Source: Calditrichales bacterium
GTDB lineage: Bacteria > Calditrichota > Calditrichia > Calditrichales > J004
Assembly (NCBI GenBank): GCA_965267575.1
Contig: OZ254086.1
Location: forward strand, 1,216,001 to 1,280,000
Reading direction: 5' to 3'
Length of the DNA stretch: 64,000 nucleotides
Under the pieces are notes generated by a model. That model saw only the letters and a list, made by a program, of their open reading frames with translations, was not told the DNA's origin and searched no databases. A program made the position numbers and the translations under genes. Within the stretch, counting starts at the first letter, position 1; each line of letters begins with the position of its first letter. Below are positions 16,943 through 26,188 of this stretch, one piece after another.

Positions 16943-18160
16943 ATGCCACAACGTGTCATCATGCACATAGACGCCGATGCTTTTTTTGCCTCGGTGGAAC
17001 AGGGTTTTAACCCGCAGCTGCGTAACCGTCCGGTGGTTGTGGGCGGTATTGCCGAGCAGCGCGGCGTGGTGCATACGGCCAGCTACGAAGCGCGCGAACA
17101 GGGCATCCGCACCGGCATGCCACTGGTAAAGGCCAAAACCATCTGTCCCGATGCGGTGTTCCTGAAAGGCGATTACGCGCACTACCGCGCCGTGGGTGAA
17201 GTGCTGCAGGAGGTCTACCTGCGCTATACGCCGCGCGTGGAATTTACTTCGCTAGATGATGCCTACCTAGATCTCACCGGCACCGGGCACATCCATGAGT
17301 CGCCCACTTGGGTGGCGCGTTGCATCAGCGATGAAGTAGAGCGTCGCGTGGGCGTCAGCATCTCCATCGGTATCGCCGGCAGCAAGATGATCGCCCGCAT
17401 TGCCTCGGGCATGTACAAGCCGCGCGGCATCGCCCACATAACCCCGGACCATGAGATGGATTTTTTGGGCAAACTGCCCGTGGACCAGCTGCCGGGTATC
17501 GGGCGCATGGCGAAGGAAAAACTGACCGATCTGCACATCTTCAAGGTGGCTGAACTGGCCCGCCTGCCGCGCATCATCGTGGAGCAGCTGTTTGGCAAAA
17601 ACGGTATCACCATCTGGAAAATGGCCAACGGCATCGATGAGCGTGAAGTGAAAACGCGCGTCATCCCCCGTCAGATAAGCCGCGAAACCAGCTTCCCCGA
17701 AGACACCTCGGACATGGGCATCATCAAGGGCAGCATGCAGTACCTGGCCGAGCGCGTGGCCCTGACCCTGCGCCGCGATCAGCTCACCTGCCGCACCGTC
17801 GGCATCCGCCTGGCCTATTCCGATTTCAGCCGCATTGGCCGCAGCCGCAGCATGGAGATGGCCTCCGATGATCCCGCCGACATCTACGCCCAGGCCGAGC
17901 AGCTGTTCGACGCGTTGACGCTGCGCCGCGTGCGCATCCGTCATATCGGTGTTTCCGTCACGCAGATCCGGCCGCGCAATGAGCAGGCCTTCCTGTTCAG
18001 CGAGCGCTCACGCAAGGAGGCCCTCAACAGCGCCATTGATGAGCTGCGTGAACGCTTTGGCTTTATGGCCGTAATGCCCGCCGACACGCTAAAGCTGAAA
18101 AGCCGCTACCGCAACGACGCCCACGGCTACATCCTGCACAACCCGGCGCTCACACGGTGA
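16943..18160 (+). CDS. dinB: Y-family DNA polymerase (DinB/PolY) with UmuC-like C-terminal extension
   Basis: HIDADAFFASVE, ASYEAR..GI..GMP, SLDDAYLD, KPRG, LPGIG; clamp-like QAFLF; AIDELRERFG tail. Confidence 0.92.
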   Translation: MPQRVIMHIDADAFFASVEQGFNPQLRNRPVVVGGIAEQRGVVHTASYEAREQGIRTGMPLVKAKTICPDAVFLKGDYAHYRAVGEVLQEVYLRYTPRVEFTSLDDAYLDLTGTGHIHESPTWVARCISDEVERRVGVSISIGIAGSKMIARIASGMYKPRGIAHITPDHEMDFLGKLPVDQLPGIGRMAKEKLTDLHIFKVAELARLPRIIVEQLFGKNGITIWKMANGIDEREVKTRVIPRQISRETSFPEDTSDMGIIKGSMQYLAERVALTLRRDQLTCRTVGIRLAYSDFSRIGRSRSMEMASDDPADIYAQAEQLFDALTLRRVRIRHIGVSVTQIRPRNEQAFLFSERSRKEALNSAIDELRERFGFMAVMPADTLKLKSRYRNDAHGYILHNPALTR

Positions 18161-18164
18161 CAAT

Positions 18165-18252
18165 GTGTTATGGTGTTTGGGTGTTAAAGTGCGTTTTCAG
18201 GTGTTCACGTGTTCAGGTAAATCTTGATCGTGATCTTACTCATGATCAAGAT
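18165..18252 (+). repeat. Leader segment B plus hairpin
   Basis: GTGTT 8-bp units, CGTGTTCAGGTAAATCTTG, hairpin ATCTTGATCGTGA-N6-TCATGATCAAGAT. Confidence 0.75.
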
Positions 18253-18345
18253 CCGTGGAAAACCATCCCATCTTTTTCGTTCTCTTTCTCTTTATCATTA
18301 TCTGCGTTTTCTTCACCATGAAGGACATGAAGGGCATGAAGAAAC

Positions 18346-18422
18346 GCCAGTCCTTATCCGGCATGTCATTCCTGTGAAAACGGGAATCCAGGAAATGAAG
18401 ATTGTGGCTCTTACACACTCCC
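18346..18422 (+). repeat. Leader segment A (inverted copy of 10479-10560)
   Basis: Direct sequence comparison. Confidence 0.85.
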
Positions 18423-18607
18423 GACCAGACAAAGAATCATGCCGGTTTTGTTGGCCTGCGAAAGGTGTTTTTTTTGTAAAAAATTTACTTAGTGTAAAGA
18501 TATGCGGGTCCACATATCACGCCTGTGGGAATGATATATTGCCAAAAAATCCAGATAACACCACCTGTGAGGAATATTTGAAAAAACAGTTTTTTTTGTG
18601 CTGACGG

Positions 18608-18650
18608 ATTATGTATTTTTCTATAAAACTACATAATAATAATGTTAGGC
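18608..18650 (+). other. attI-like site/first recombination point of cassette array 2
   Basis: ATTATGTA-N14-TACATAAT inverted repeat then GTTAGGC (18644-18650), complementary to GCCTAAC at the end of the first cassette. Confidence 0.6.
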
Positions 18651-18658
18651 ACTTGAAC

Positions 18659-19093
18659 ATGGAAAAAGAAACCTTACAAATAGCTAAGAAAATATTTAAA
18701 CGCATAGCTACAGATTATCCCAGTTTAGAAACTACAATCCAAGAGGGAAGTCAAGTGGAACTAGAAATGGTTATTCCAAAGCAAAAAGGCTTGAAGTTTC
18801 CGATTCATTTAAATCTTCAAAACAATGATGAACTACATTTGCAAGCAGGAAATTGTTTTTGGCTAGAATGGTTCCCTTGTACAAATCCTGAGCGTGTTGA
18901 ACAATTTGTTGACGCAGTTAATGGATTAATATCAGGAAAATACAGAATCTTGGAACACTATAGAGGAAAGCGAGCAATTAAAGCAGAGTTTCAAATACCT
19001 GATGGGGAAACTTGGAATACAATTGGGACATGGAGTACTTTGAGTTTCCCATTTCCTATGAGAAAAGAACAAAAGGTTGTCTCAAATGCCTAA
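18659..19093 (+). CDS. Cassette-borne hypothetical protein
   Basis: ATG 15 nt after GTT; stop codon TAA lies within attC R'' (GCCTAAC). Confidence 0.8.
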   Translation: MEKETLQIAKKIFKRIATDYPSLETTIQEGSQVELEMVIPKQKGLKFPIHLNLQNNDELHLQAGNCFWLEWFPCTNPERVEQFVDAVNGLISGKYRILEHYRGKRAIKAEFQIPDGETWNTIGTWSTLSFPFPMRKEQKVVSNA

Positions 19094-19209
19094 CAAGCAA
19101 ATTAACCTGACGTGATCGGGACTTTCCTTCGGCCTTCCATTGTGAAACCCAATCTATCTGCTAAATTACACTCTTAATCACCACGCAGGTTATCTGCTGG
19201 CCGCTATAT
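19088..19209 (+). other. attC site (array 2, first; R' is GCT instead of GTT)
   Basis: GCCTAAC-AAGCA-AATTAACCTGACGTGAT ... ATCACCACGCAGGTTATCTGCTGGCC-GCTATAT. Confidence 0.78.
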
Positions 19210-19229
19210 AACCAAAGAGTTCTAATTAA

Positions 19230-19793
19230 ATGAAAAAAACAATTATAATTTTCATCCTTACCTTTACTTCTATTCTAGATTGTTTTGCTCAATCTGATAT
19301 AAATAAAATTGCTAATGTTACTTTTGAAAAAGATGGAATAAAATTTTCTTTTTATATTAATAAAACTATCGTTTCTTCAAAGGATACGCTTGAAACAGAA
19401 ATTGATATTTTAAATGAATCTGATAATTCAATTTTCGTTGTACCAACATTCCATTTTACTTATGTGGTGGATAGTATATCCAAAATTCCGAATAGTATCT
19501 ATTTGGATTTTGGTGGTTCAATTGAAGATTATATAGTAGCTGTTCCATTTATTGAAATAGAAAAAAATAAAAATTTTAGTGTTAAAAAGAATTTTCATTG
19601 TAGCAATTTTTCTTATGATGGTTTTGCTAAAGAAATATATTTCCAATTATGGTTTGGATATCTTAGACCAAGACCTTTTGAAAAATTTGAAGAACCTAAA
19701 ATATCAGATGGATATCTTTATTTCGATCAATCGAATATTAAATTTTTTGAAAAAGGTTTATTAAGTTTGGCAAAGGTAATACATCACCAATAG
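19230..19793 (+). CDS. Cassette-borne secreted hypothetical protein
   Basis: MKKTIIIFIL signal peptide, very AT-rich, between two attC sites. Confidence 0.78.
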   Translation: MKKTIIIFILTFTSILDCFAQSDINKIANVTFEKDGIKFSFYINKTIVSSKDTLETEIDILNESDNSIFVVPTFHFTYVVDSISKIPNSIYLDFGGSIEDYIVAVPFIEIEKNKNFSVKKNFHCSNFSYDGFAKEIYFQLWFGYLRPRPFEKFEEPKISDGYLYFDQSNIKFFEKGLLSLAKVIHHQ

Positions 19794-19797
19794 GTCA

Positions 19798-19894
19798 TAT
19801 AAACAAAATATTCAACTGAGAATTAACCGCCGGACGGTGAATTCCCAAACGATAAATCATACAGCGGTTAATCCCGTTAATATTCACGTTATAT
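19798..19894 (+). other. attC site (array 2, second)
   Basis: TATAAAC...AACTGAGAATTAACCGC ... GCGGTTAATCCCGTTAATATTCAC-GTTATAT. Confidence 0.8.
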
Positions 19895-19931
19895 GCTTAG
19901 AGCCTGTTAATAATAAAGTTTTGATGTAAAG

Positions 19932-20537
19932 ATGAAGCTATCTACACTTATAATACTAAGCGCGACATTATCGCTACTAGGTATATTAACCATTGCATAC
20001 TCAGATCTGCTTTGGAGCGAACTCTGGCTTGGAGTTCTGTTTTTTGAAGCACCACTATTTCTTGGATTCTTAACAATCTTTATTTCATCGATAGTTTTGT
20101 TAATTAAACACAAAAGAATTAAAAATCTTTTACCATTATTTATTAATGTATCCACCATATTAATTATAGTTTTTTGTCCTTTGGGAGACTGGAAAAATTC
20201 TTTTACATTTCAATGGCATTTTGATGAAATGAATAAGATTGTGCAAATGGTTAACTCTGGTGAATTAAGTCCCAATGTTAAACATAATCAAAGACTAATC
20301 CGTCTTCCATCACAATATGAAAACTTATCTGTAGGTGGCGGTGAAATTATCGTCGATAAGATCAACGATTTGAATGTTGTTTTCTTTTACACGTTTAGAG
20401 GAACGCCGGATGGAAGAGCCGGTTTTATTCATCTTCCTAAGAAAACAAGTCTTGCAGATTTGAAAAGAAAAATTTATTATGAGTTATATTTCCAAAAGAA
20501 GCTGACAGATAATTGGTTTTATATAAGTGCAGATTAA
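19932..20537 (+). CDS. Cassette-borne membrane protein (three N-terminal transmembrane segments plus soluble domain)
   Basis: Hydrophobic N-terminus; bounded by GTTATATGCT / AGCATATAAC. Confidence 0.78.
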   Translation: MKLSTLIILSATLSLLGILTIAYSDLLWSELWLGVLFFEAPLFLGFLTIFISSIVLLIKHKRIKNLLPLFINVSTILIIVFCPLGDWKNSFTFQWHFDEMNKIVQMVNSGELSPNVKHNQRLIRLPSQYENLSVGGGEIIVDKINDLNVVFFYTFRGTPDGRAGFIHLPKKTSLADLKRKIYYELYFQKKLTDNWFYISAD

Positions 20538-20580
20538 AAGAAATATGATCATAGTTAATTTTTACATTAATAGTAGTAGC

Positions 20581-20678
20581 ATATAACAAAGGCATTAACT
20601 CGGAAACTTCACGTGGACGGTGATTTGGCAAATGGAAGCTTTATCAGCGCTCGTGCCGGCTATGCTCGAACGTTACAA
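20581..20678 (+). other. attC site (array 2, distal)
   Basis: ATATAAC-AAAGG-CATTAAC ... GCTATG-CTCGAAC-GTTACAA; closely similar to 8371-8467. Confidence 0.85.
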
Positions 20679-20757
20679 ACCTAATTTTCCCTCACCCCTG
20701 AACAAAAAGACATCAAGACTCAAAAACCTCAGGACCACAAGACCGCCAGCCCCCGGC

Positions 20758-21522
20758 CTAAACCAGCCGGCCGTAATAGAGCGAGCAGCGGTAGAGAAAC
20801 TGCACCTCGCCGGCAGCATCCATGTGTTCTTCAAAAAGTGCTTCGGCCTCCGCGCGCAAGGGTATATAAGCGGCGCTCTCCGGCAGCGGAACATAAGACG
20901 ACGAATGCAGCAATCCGAACACACCCTCTTTATTGAGCTTCATGCGGTTGGGAAAAGTGGCCTTATGAAAAACCTGCGGGGCAAAAAAAGCGCGAACAGC
21001 TTCGTCATCGGCATAGCCGCAACGGCGGCCGGCATACTCGGGGCAGTGCTTTTGCAATAAAGCCTCATACCCGCGCAAAAAGGGTGTGGCGTATTTATCG
21101 CGTTCGTTCCAGATTAAGGCGACCATACCCGGCGGCTTTAGGATACGCAACCATTCGCGGCGGGTTTGTTCGGGCTCGAACCAGTGGAAGGCCTGGGCCG
21201 CGCACACGGCGCAAATGCTTTGGTCCGGCAGGTTGCTTTCCTCCGCTTTTCCGTCCACAATGATAACGCCCGCGCCCTTGATTTCGCGGCGCAGCGTTTT
21301 GCGCATGGCTTCATTTGGCTCCACAGCAAATACGCGCATTCCCTTGTCCAGCAAAAGCCTGGTAAAGATGCCCGTCCCAGCGCCAAAATCGGCAACAGGA
21401 CCGCCGGGGCTCAATTTGCAGGCACGCTTCAGAAACGTTATTATCTCTTCAGGGTAGCCCGGACGAAACCGGTGGTAGGATTGCGCGCGTCCGGAAAAGC
21501 GCGTTAGGGGATTATTATCCAT
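20758..21522 (-). CDS. Class I SAM-dependent methyltransferase
   Basis: RFSGRA..Y...RPGYP, DFGAGTG, AQAFHWF. Confidence 0.9.
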   Translation of the reverse strand: MDNNPLTRFSGRAQSYHRFRPGYPEEIITFLKRACKLSPGGPVADFGAGTGIFTRLLLDKGMRVFAVEPNEAMRKTLRREIKGAGVIIVDGKAEESNLPDQSICAVCAAQAFHWFEPEQTRREWLRILKPPGMVALIWNERDKYATPFLRGYEALLQKHCPEYAGRRCGYADDEAVRAFFAPQVFHKATFPNRMKLNKEGVFGLLHSSSYVPLPESAAYIPLRAEAEALFEEHMDAAGEVQFLYRCSLYYGRLV

Positions 21523-21602
21523 ATTTAACCCGCGTGTTACACTTACAGGCCACCAATAACATACATTTAAAAGAGCGCGCTGCCAATACAAAGGAGAGAA
21601 AA

Positions 21603-24065
21603 ATGCAATTTTTTGAATTATACGGTTTTTTAACGGAGTGGCCCCTTATTTATAGCATTGTTACTGTTTTGGTCGCTGTTCTCGTTTTGGCTTATAACCG
21701 CGCGCCGCTGTGGCTATGGTCGATCGTAATCCTGGCACTGCTCGGCGGCCTGGGCGCTTCCGCTGCGCTGTTCATCGTGGCGGCGGCGATTCTTGCTTTG
21801 TTTAATATTCCGCTTATAAGACGCCTGCTTATAACGGCGCCGATCGTGAAGCTGCTAAAGGCGCTTAATTTCATGCCCGTGATCTCGGAAACCGAGCAGA
21901 CAGCCATCGAAGCCGGCAATATCTGGGTTGACGGTATGCTATTTTCGGGCCGGCCGGATTTTAAAAAGATCATGCGGGAGCCCTATCCCGAACTGAGCGA
22001 AGAAGAGCAGCGCTTCCTGGACGGTCCCGTGAACGAACTGTGCCGCATGGTCAGTGAATGGGACGTTTACCAGCGCCGCGATCTGCCGCCCGAAGCCTGG
22101 GACTATATTAAAAAAGAGCGCTTCTGGGGTTTGATCATTCCCAAAGAATATGGCGGGCTGGGTTTTTCCGCTTCCGCCAACAGCGCCATCGTTGCACGGG
22201 TCGCTTCACGCAGCAACCCGCTGGCCACAACCGTGATGGTGCCCAACTCGCTGGGTCCGGCGGAACTGTTGTTGCATTACGGCACCGAAGAGCAAAAAAA
22301 GCACTACCTGCCGCGCCTTGCCCGTGGCGAAGAGATTCCCTGTTTTGCTTTAACAGAACCGCAGGCCGGTTCCGATGCCGGCGCCATGACTTCCACCGGC
22401 GTCGTTTTCAAAGGTGACGACGGCAAGCTCTATCTGCGTCTGAACTGGCGCAAACGCTACATTACCCTGGCGGCAATCTCCACTATACTGGGTCTGGCCT
22501 TTAAAATGCGCGATCCCGACAACCTGCTGGGCAAGGGAGAAGAACTGGGCATCACCTGCGCGCTGATCCCGACAGATACGGAAGGTGTCGTTGTCGATAA
22601 ACGTCACGATCCGCTGAGCATTCCTTTTTACAACAGCCCCACCGAAGGCCACGATGTTGTTGTCGGGCTGGACGCCATCATTGGCGGGCCGGAGCAGGCC
22701 GGTAACGGCTGGCGCATGCTGATGGAGTCGCTCGCCGTGGGCCGCGGCATCAGTCTGCCGGCTACAGGCAGCGGCGGAACCTGGTGGGCAACCCGCGTGG
22801 CAGGCGCCTACGCCATGGTGCGTCGCCAGTTTGGCCTGCCGATCGCTAAATTTGAAGGCATTGAAGAGCAGCTTGGCAAGCTGGCGATAGCCTCCTATAC
22901 GCTGGACGCCGCGCGCCGTTTTACCTGCGGCGGGCTGGACAGCGGCCAGAAGCCGGCGGTCATTACGGCCATGGCCAAGTACAATTTCACGGAAACCCTG
23001 CGTACATCAATAAACCGCGCCATGGATATCCTTGGCGGCGCCGGTATCGTAATGGGTCCGCGCAACCTTATGGCCCACGCCTATTTTTCCGTGCCGGTCA
23101 ATATTACCGTGGAGGGCGCCAATATCCTGACCCGCACGCTGATGATCTTCGGGCAGGGCGCCGTGCGCTGCCATCCCTACGCCTATGATGAGATTATGGC
23201 CCTGATGAAAGATGACGTCAAAGCTTTCGACAAAGTATTCTGGAAACATGCCGGACATATTGTTTCACTTGCGGCCCGCTCGCTGTTGCTCAGCCTCAGC
23301 CGCGGACAACTGTTTTTCAGCCATCCGGGTGGCCCGCTGGCGCGCTATTACCGCAAGCTGGGCTGGGCCGCGGCGTCCTTTGCCTTCCTGGCCGATTTTG
23401 CCATGGCCCGGCACGGCGGAGCGCTGAAGCGCCTGGAAAAAATCAACGGACGCTTTGCCGACATTTTTTCCAACCTGTATCTGGCCACAACCATTTTGCG
23501 GCGCTATGAAGCGGAGGGACGACCTAAAGAAACCCGCGATCTGGCGGAAGCGTCTTTACAAAGCCGCTTCGCCGATATGCAGGTGGCTTTCGATGCGCTG
23601 TACCGCAATATCGGCTTTCCCTTTAACACGCTGCCGCTGCTCTGGTCACGGGTCAATCCGATCGGCTCCGCGCCAAAGGATGCGCTGAACAAAAAGGCCG
23701 CCGAGTTTATCACCACACCGGGCGAATGGCGCAACCGCCTGACACATGGCATCTACCTGCCAACGGAAAGCGACGATACCCTGGCCCAACTGGAACGCGC
23801 CTTTGAGCTGGTTATTCGCGCGGATGACATCATGAAGAAGGTGTACAAGGCCGCGGGAAAGGGTGAGATAAGACGCGCTGAATCTGAAGAGATGATCAAA
23901 CAGGCGCTGGAGAAAAACATCATTAGCGGCAATGAGGCCGAATTGATGGAGCAGGCTGAAAAGGCCCGCGCCGAGGCCGTGGAAGTTGATGCCTTTGGCC
24001 TGGATGAGTATTTTGAAAAGTCCGTTTACAAAAACAAGGCGCCGGGCGCTGAACTGGTAGATTAA
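21603..24065 (+). CDS. fadE: Acyl-CoA dehydrogenase FadE (long, membrane-anchored type)
   Basis: MVPNSLGPAELL, CFALTEPQAGSDAG, KRYITLA, ITVEGANILTR. Confidence 0.93.
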   Translation: MQFFELYGFLTEWPLIYSIVTVLVAVLVLAYNRAPLWLWSIVILALLGGLGASAALFIVAAAILALFNIPLIRRLLITAPIVKLLKALNFMPVISETEQTAIEAGNIWVDGMLFSGRPDFKKIMREPYPELSEEEQRFLDGPVNELCRMVSEWDVYQRRDLPPEAWDYIKKERFWGLIIPKEYGGLGFSASANSAIVARVASRSNPLATTVMVPNSLGPAELLLHYGTEEQKKHYLPRLARGEEIPCFALTEPQAGSDAGAMTSTGVVFKGDDGKLYLRLNWRKRYITLAAISTILGLAFKMRDPDNLLGKGEELGITCALIPTDTEGVVVDKRHDPLSIPFYNSPTEGHDVVVGLDAIIGGPEQAGNGWRMLMESLAVGRGISLPATGSGGTWWATRVAGAYAMVRRQFGLPIAKFEGIEEQLGKLAIASYTLDAARRFTCGGLDSGQKPAVITAMAKYNFTETLRTSINRAMDILGGAGIVMGPRNLMAHAYFSVPVNITVEGANILTRTLMIFGQGAVRCHPYAYDEIMALMKDDVKAFDKVFWKHAGHIVSLAARSLLLSLSRGQLFFSHPGGPLARYYRKLGWAAASFAFLADFAMARHGGALKRLEKINGRFADIFSNLYLATTILRRYEAEGRPKETRDLAEASLQSRFADMQVAFDALYRNIGFPFNTLPLLWSRVNPIGSAPKDALNKKAAEFITTPGEWRNRLTHGIYLPTESDDTLAQLERAFELVIRADDIMKKVYKAAGKGEIRRAESEEMIKQALEKNIISGNEAELMEQAEKARAEAVEVDAFGLDEYFEKSVYKNKAPGAELVD

Positions 24066-24067
24066 AC

Positions 24068-24880
24068 ATGAGCCATATTGAGGTCCTTTCCCTGCATATT
24101 TACCCGCTTAAATCCTGCGCGGCCGTCGATCTTTCAACGGCGCAGGTGGGTGACCGCGGTTTTGTTAACGACCGTATTCTGATGTTGGTGGAGGAAGAAG
24201 GCGAATTCATGACCCAGCGTGATCACCCGCGTATGGCGCTGATACGTGCAACCATCGACATGGGGATGCTGAGTCTCTCAGCCGGCGATATGCCGTCTAT
24301 GGTGCACATGCTGGAGGATGAGGGAGCGCCGCAAGCCGTAGAAGTGTGGGGCGATCTGTGCGAAGCCATCGACCAGGGGGATGAAGTGGCAGACTGGTGC
24401 AGCCGTTTCCTGGAAGTACCCTGCCGCATGTACATGATGCGTCACGGGTTTCAGCGCAATCTTGATCCTGAATATCGTGTCTCGGCGGGAGACCATACCG
24501 GTTTCGCCGACGGTTACCCCTTTCTGCTCATCTCGCAGGAATCGCTAGATGACCTGAACAGCCGCATGGAAAAACCCGTCCCGATGAACCGCTTTCGTCC
24601 CAATATTGTTGTGCGCGGCTGCGAACCCTACGCGGAAGACAGCTGGAGCCGTATTCAAATCGGCGACGTGAAGCTGGAAGTGGTAAAGCCGTGCGTCCGC
24701 TGCGTTATAACCACCACGGACCAGAAAACGGCCGAACGTTTTAAGGAACCGCTAAAAACGCTGGCCGGTTACAGGCGCATCGACAGCGGCGGCGTTATTT
24801 TCGGGCAGAACCTGATCCACCGCAACCGCGGTGTTATAAAAACAGGTATGCCGCTAAAAGTTCTCTCCGCGCGGCAATAA
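24068..24880 (+). CDS. MOSC domain protein (YcbX/mARC-like)
   Basis: IYPLKSC, FADGYP, RFRPNIVV, KPCVRC, FGQN. Confidence 0.92.
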   Translation: MSHIEVLSLHIYPLKSCAAVDLSTAQVGDRGFVNDRILMLVEEEGEFMTQRDHPRMALIRATIDMGMLSLSAGDMPSMVHMLEDEGAPQAVEVWGDLCEAIDQGDEVADWCSRFLEVPCRMYMMRHGFQRNLDPEYRVSAGDHTGFADGYPFLLISQESLDDLNSRMEKPVPMNRFRPNIVVRGCEPYAEDSWSRIQIGDVKLEVVKPCVRCVITTTDQKTAERFKEPLKTLAGYRRIDSGGVIFGQNLIHRNRGVIKTGMPLKVLSARQ

Positions 24881-24938
24881 TGATTGTCCGGCCCTGCGCA
24901 AGTTTGTAAATTAAATCAAAAAGCTTCAGGAGGATGAC

Positions 24939-25652
24939 ATGATCCGCCTCAACAAGCAAGTCCCGCTGGAAGATATCCTTGCCCGTCAAATACACTTTTG
25001 GGAAAGCACCGGAAAACAACGCGAAAGCATCCCCGGCCGGCTGCCCTGTATTGCCTTTTCCCGCCAGCCCGGTTGTTCCGACATGGCCCTGGCCAATGAA
25101 CTCTCCAGGCGCCTCAACTGGAAAATTTTTGACAAAGAGATCGTCGAATACATCGCCGGTAACAACAATATTCGCAAAGAGATGGTGGAGATTTTTGATG
25201 AAAAGACGCGAACGGAGATGGACAATCTTTTCCAGGCCCTGGTAAACAGCCAGGCGCTCAATCAACAATCTTACGCTAAATACCTGGCCAAAACGATCAT
25301 CGGGATCGGCAAGCACGGTGCGGCTATTATCCTGGGACGCGGCGCCAATTTTATCCTGCCCGACAAAACAGCATTGAAAATACGTATTGTTGAAGAGTTT
25401 GACGATCGTGTTCAAAACCTTGTTAATCTCAGTATCGACCGTGAAAATGCTATCAAACAATTAAACGAAGAGACCGCCAACCAGAAGGCCTTTTTAAACC
25501 GGTTGTTTGGCGTGAAGTCACTTGAAGCAACGGCCTTTGATATCGTGATAAATCTTTCCAAAATGACAGTTGATTGTGCCGCGGATATTATTGTCTGCGC
25601 GCTGACCCACAAATTCAAAATCCATAAAGATGACCTGAGAGTGGAACTATGA
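24939..25652 (+). CDS. Cytidylate kinase-like family protein
   Basis: IAFSRQPG, FDKEI, IILGRGANF. Confidence 0.8.
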   Translation: MIRLNKQVPLEDILARQIHFWESTGKQRESIPGRLPCIAFSRQPGCSDMALANELSRRLNWKIFDKEIVEYIAGNNNIRKEMVEIFDEKTRTEMDNLFQALVNSQALNQQSYAKYLAKTIIGIGKHGAAIILGRGANFILPDKTALKIRIVEEFDDRVQNLVNLSIDRENAIKQLNEETANQKAFLNRLFGVKSLEATAFDIVINLSKMTVDCAADIIVCALTHKFKIHKDDLRVEL

Positions 25653-26188
25653 GAACAAGCCTGCTATTGCTGATCCCCGTCGTGTTGATAACCTGTTCAC
25701 AGGATAACATGAAACAGGAAAAGGCGATTGCTTCAAAAGCCCTTAAGCCGTTCAAAATGGAGTTGATGCATACGCTGCAGAAAACCATGCAGGAAGAAGG
25801 CCCGCTTGCGGCTATTCGCGTCTGTAGCATGGAGGCTCCGGAGATCGCGCGTCAGAATGAGCGCCCCGGCATCCTGATGGGTCGCACCAGCCATAAATTG
25901 CGCAATCCGGATAACGAACCGCGGGAATGGGTGAAGCCGCTGCTGGCACACTATGTTTCCATGCCGGAAGATACCAGCAGCCGTGTGGTGGACTTGGAAA
26001 ATAATCGCACGGGCTACGTGGAGCCGATCCATGTGAAAGCGCTTTGCCTCGCCTGTCATGGTGACCCGCCTGCGGCCGTGGCAACCGTTATTGATTCCCT
26101 CTATCCGGCCGATGAGGCAACGGGTTTTGCGGAAAGTGATTTCCGCGGTCTGTTTTGGGTGGAGATGGATCGCTCTATAATGGAATAG
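25649..26188 (+). CDS. DUF3365/Tll0287-like c-type heme lipoprotein
   Basis: Lipobox-like signal, RTS.KLRNP.N.P, CLACH, YP.D.ATGF...DFRG. Confidence 0.85.
   Translation: MRTSLLLLIPVVLITCSQDNMKQEKAIASKALKPFKMELMHTLQKTMQEEGPLAAIRVCSMEAPEIARQNERPGILMGRTSHKLRNPDNEPREWVKPLLAHYVSMPEDTSSRVVDLENNRTGYVEPIHVKALCLACHGDPPAAVATVIDSLYPADEATGFAESDFRGLFWVEMDRSIME

Noticed and set aside
20673-20924. Minus-strand ORF whose stop overlaps the distal attC of array 2
   Set aside because: Mostly an alternative frame of the methyltransferase with no recognisable domain
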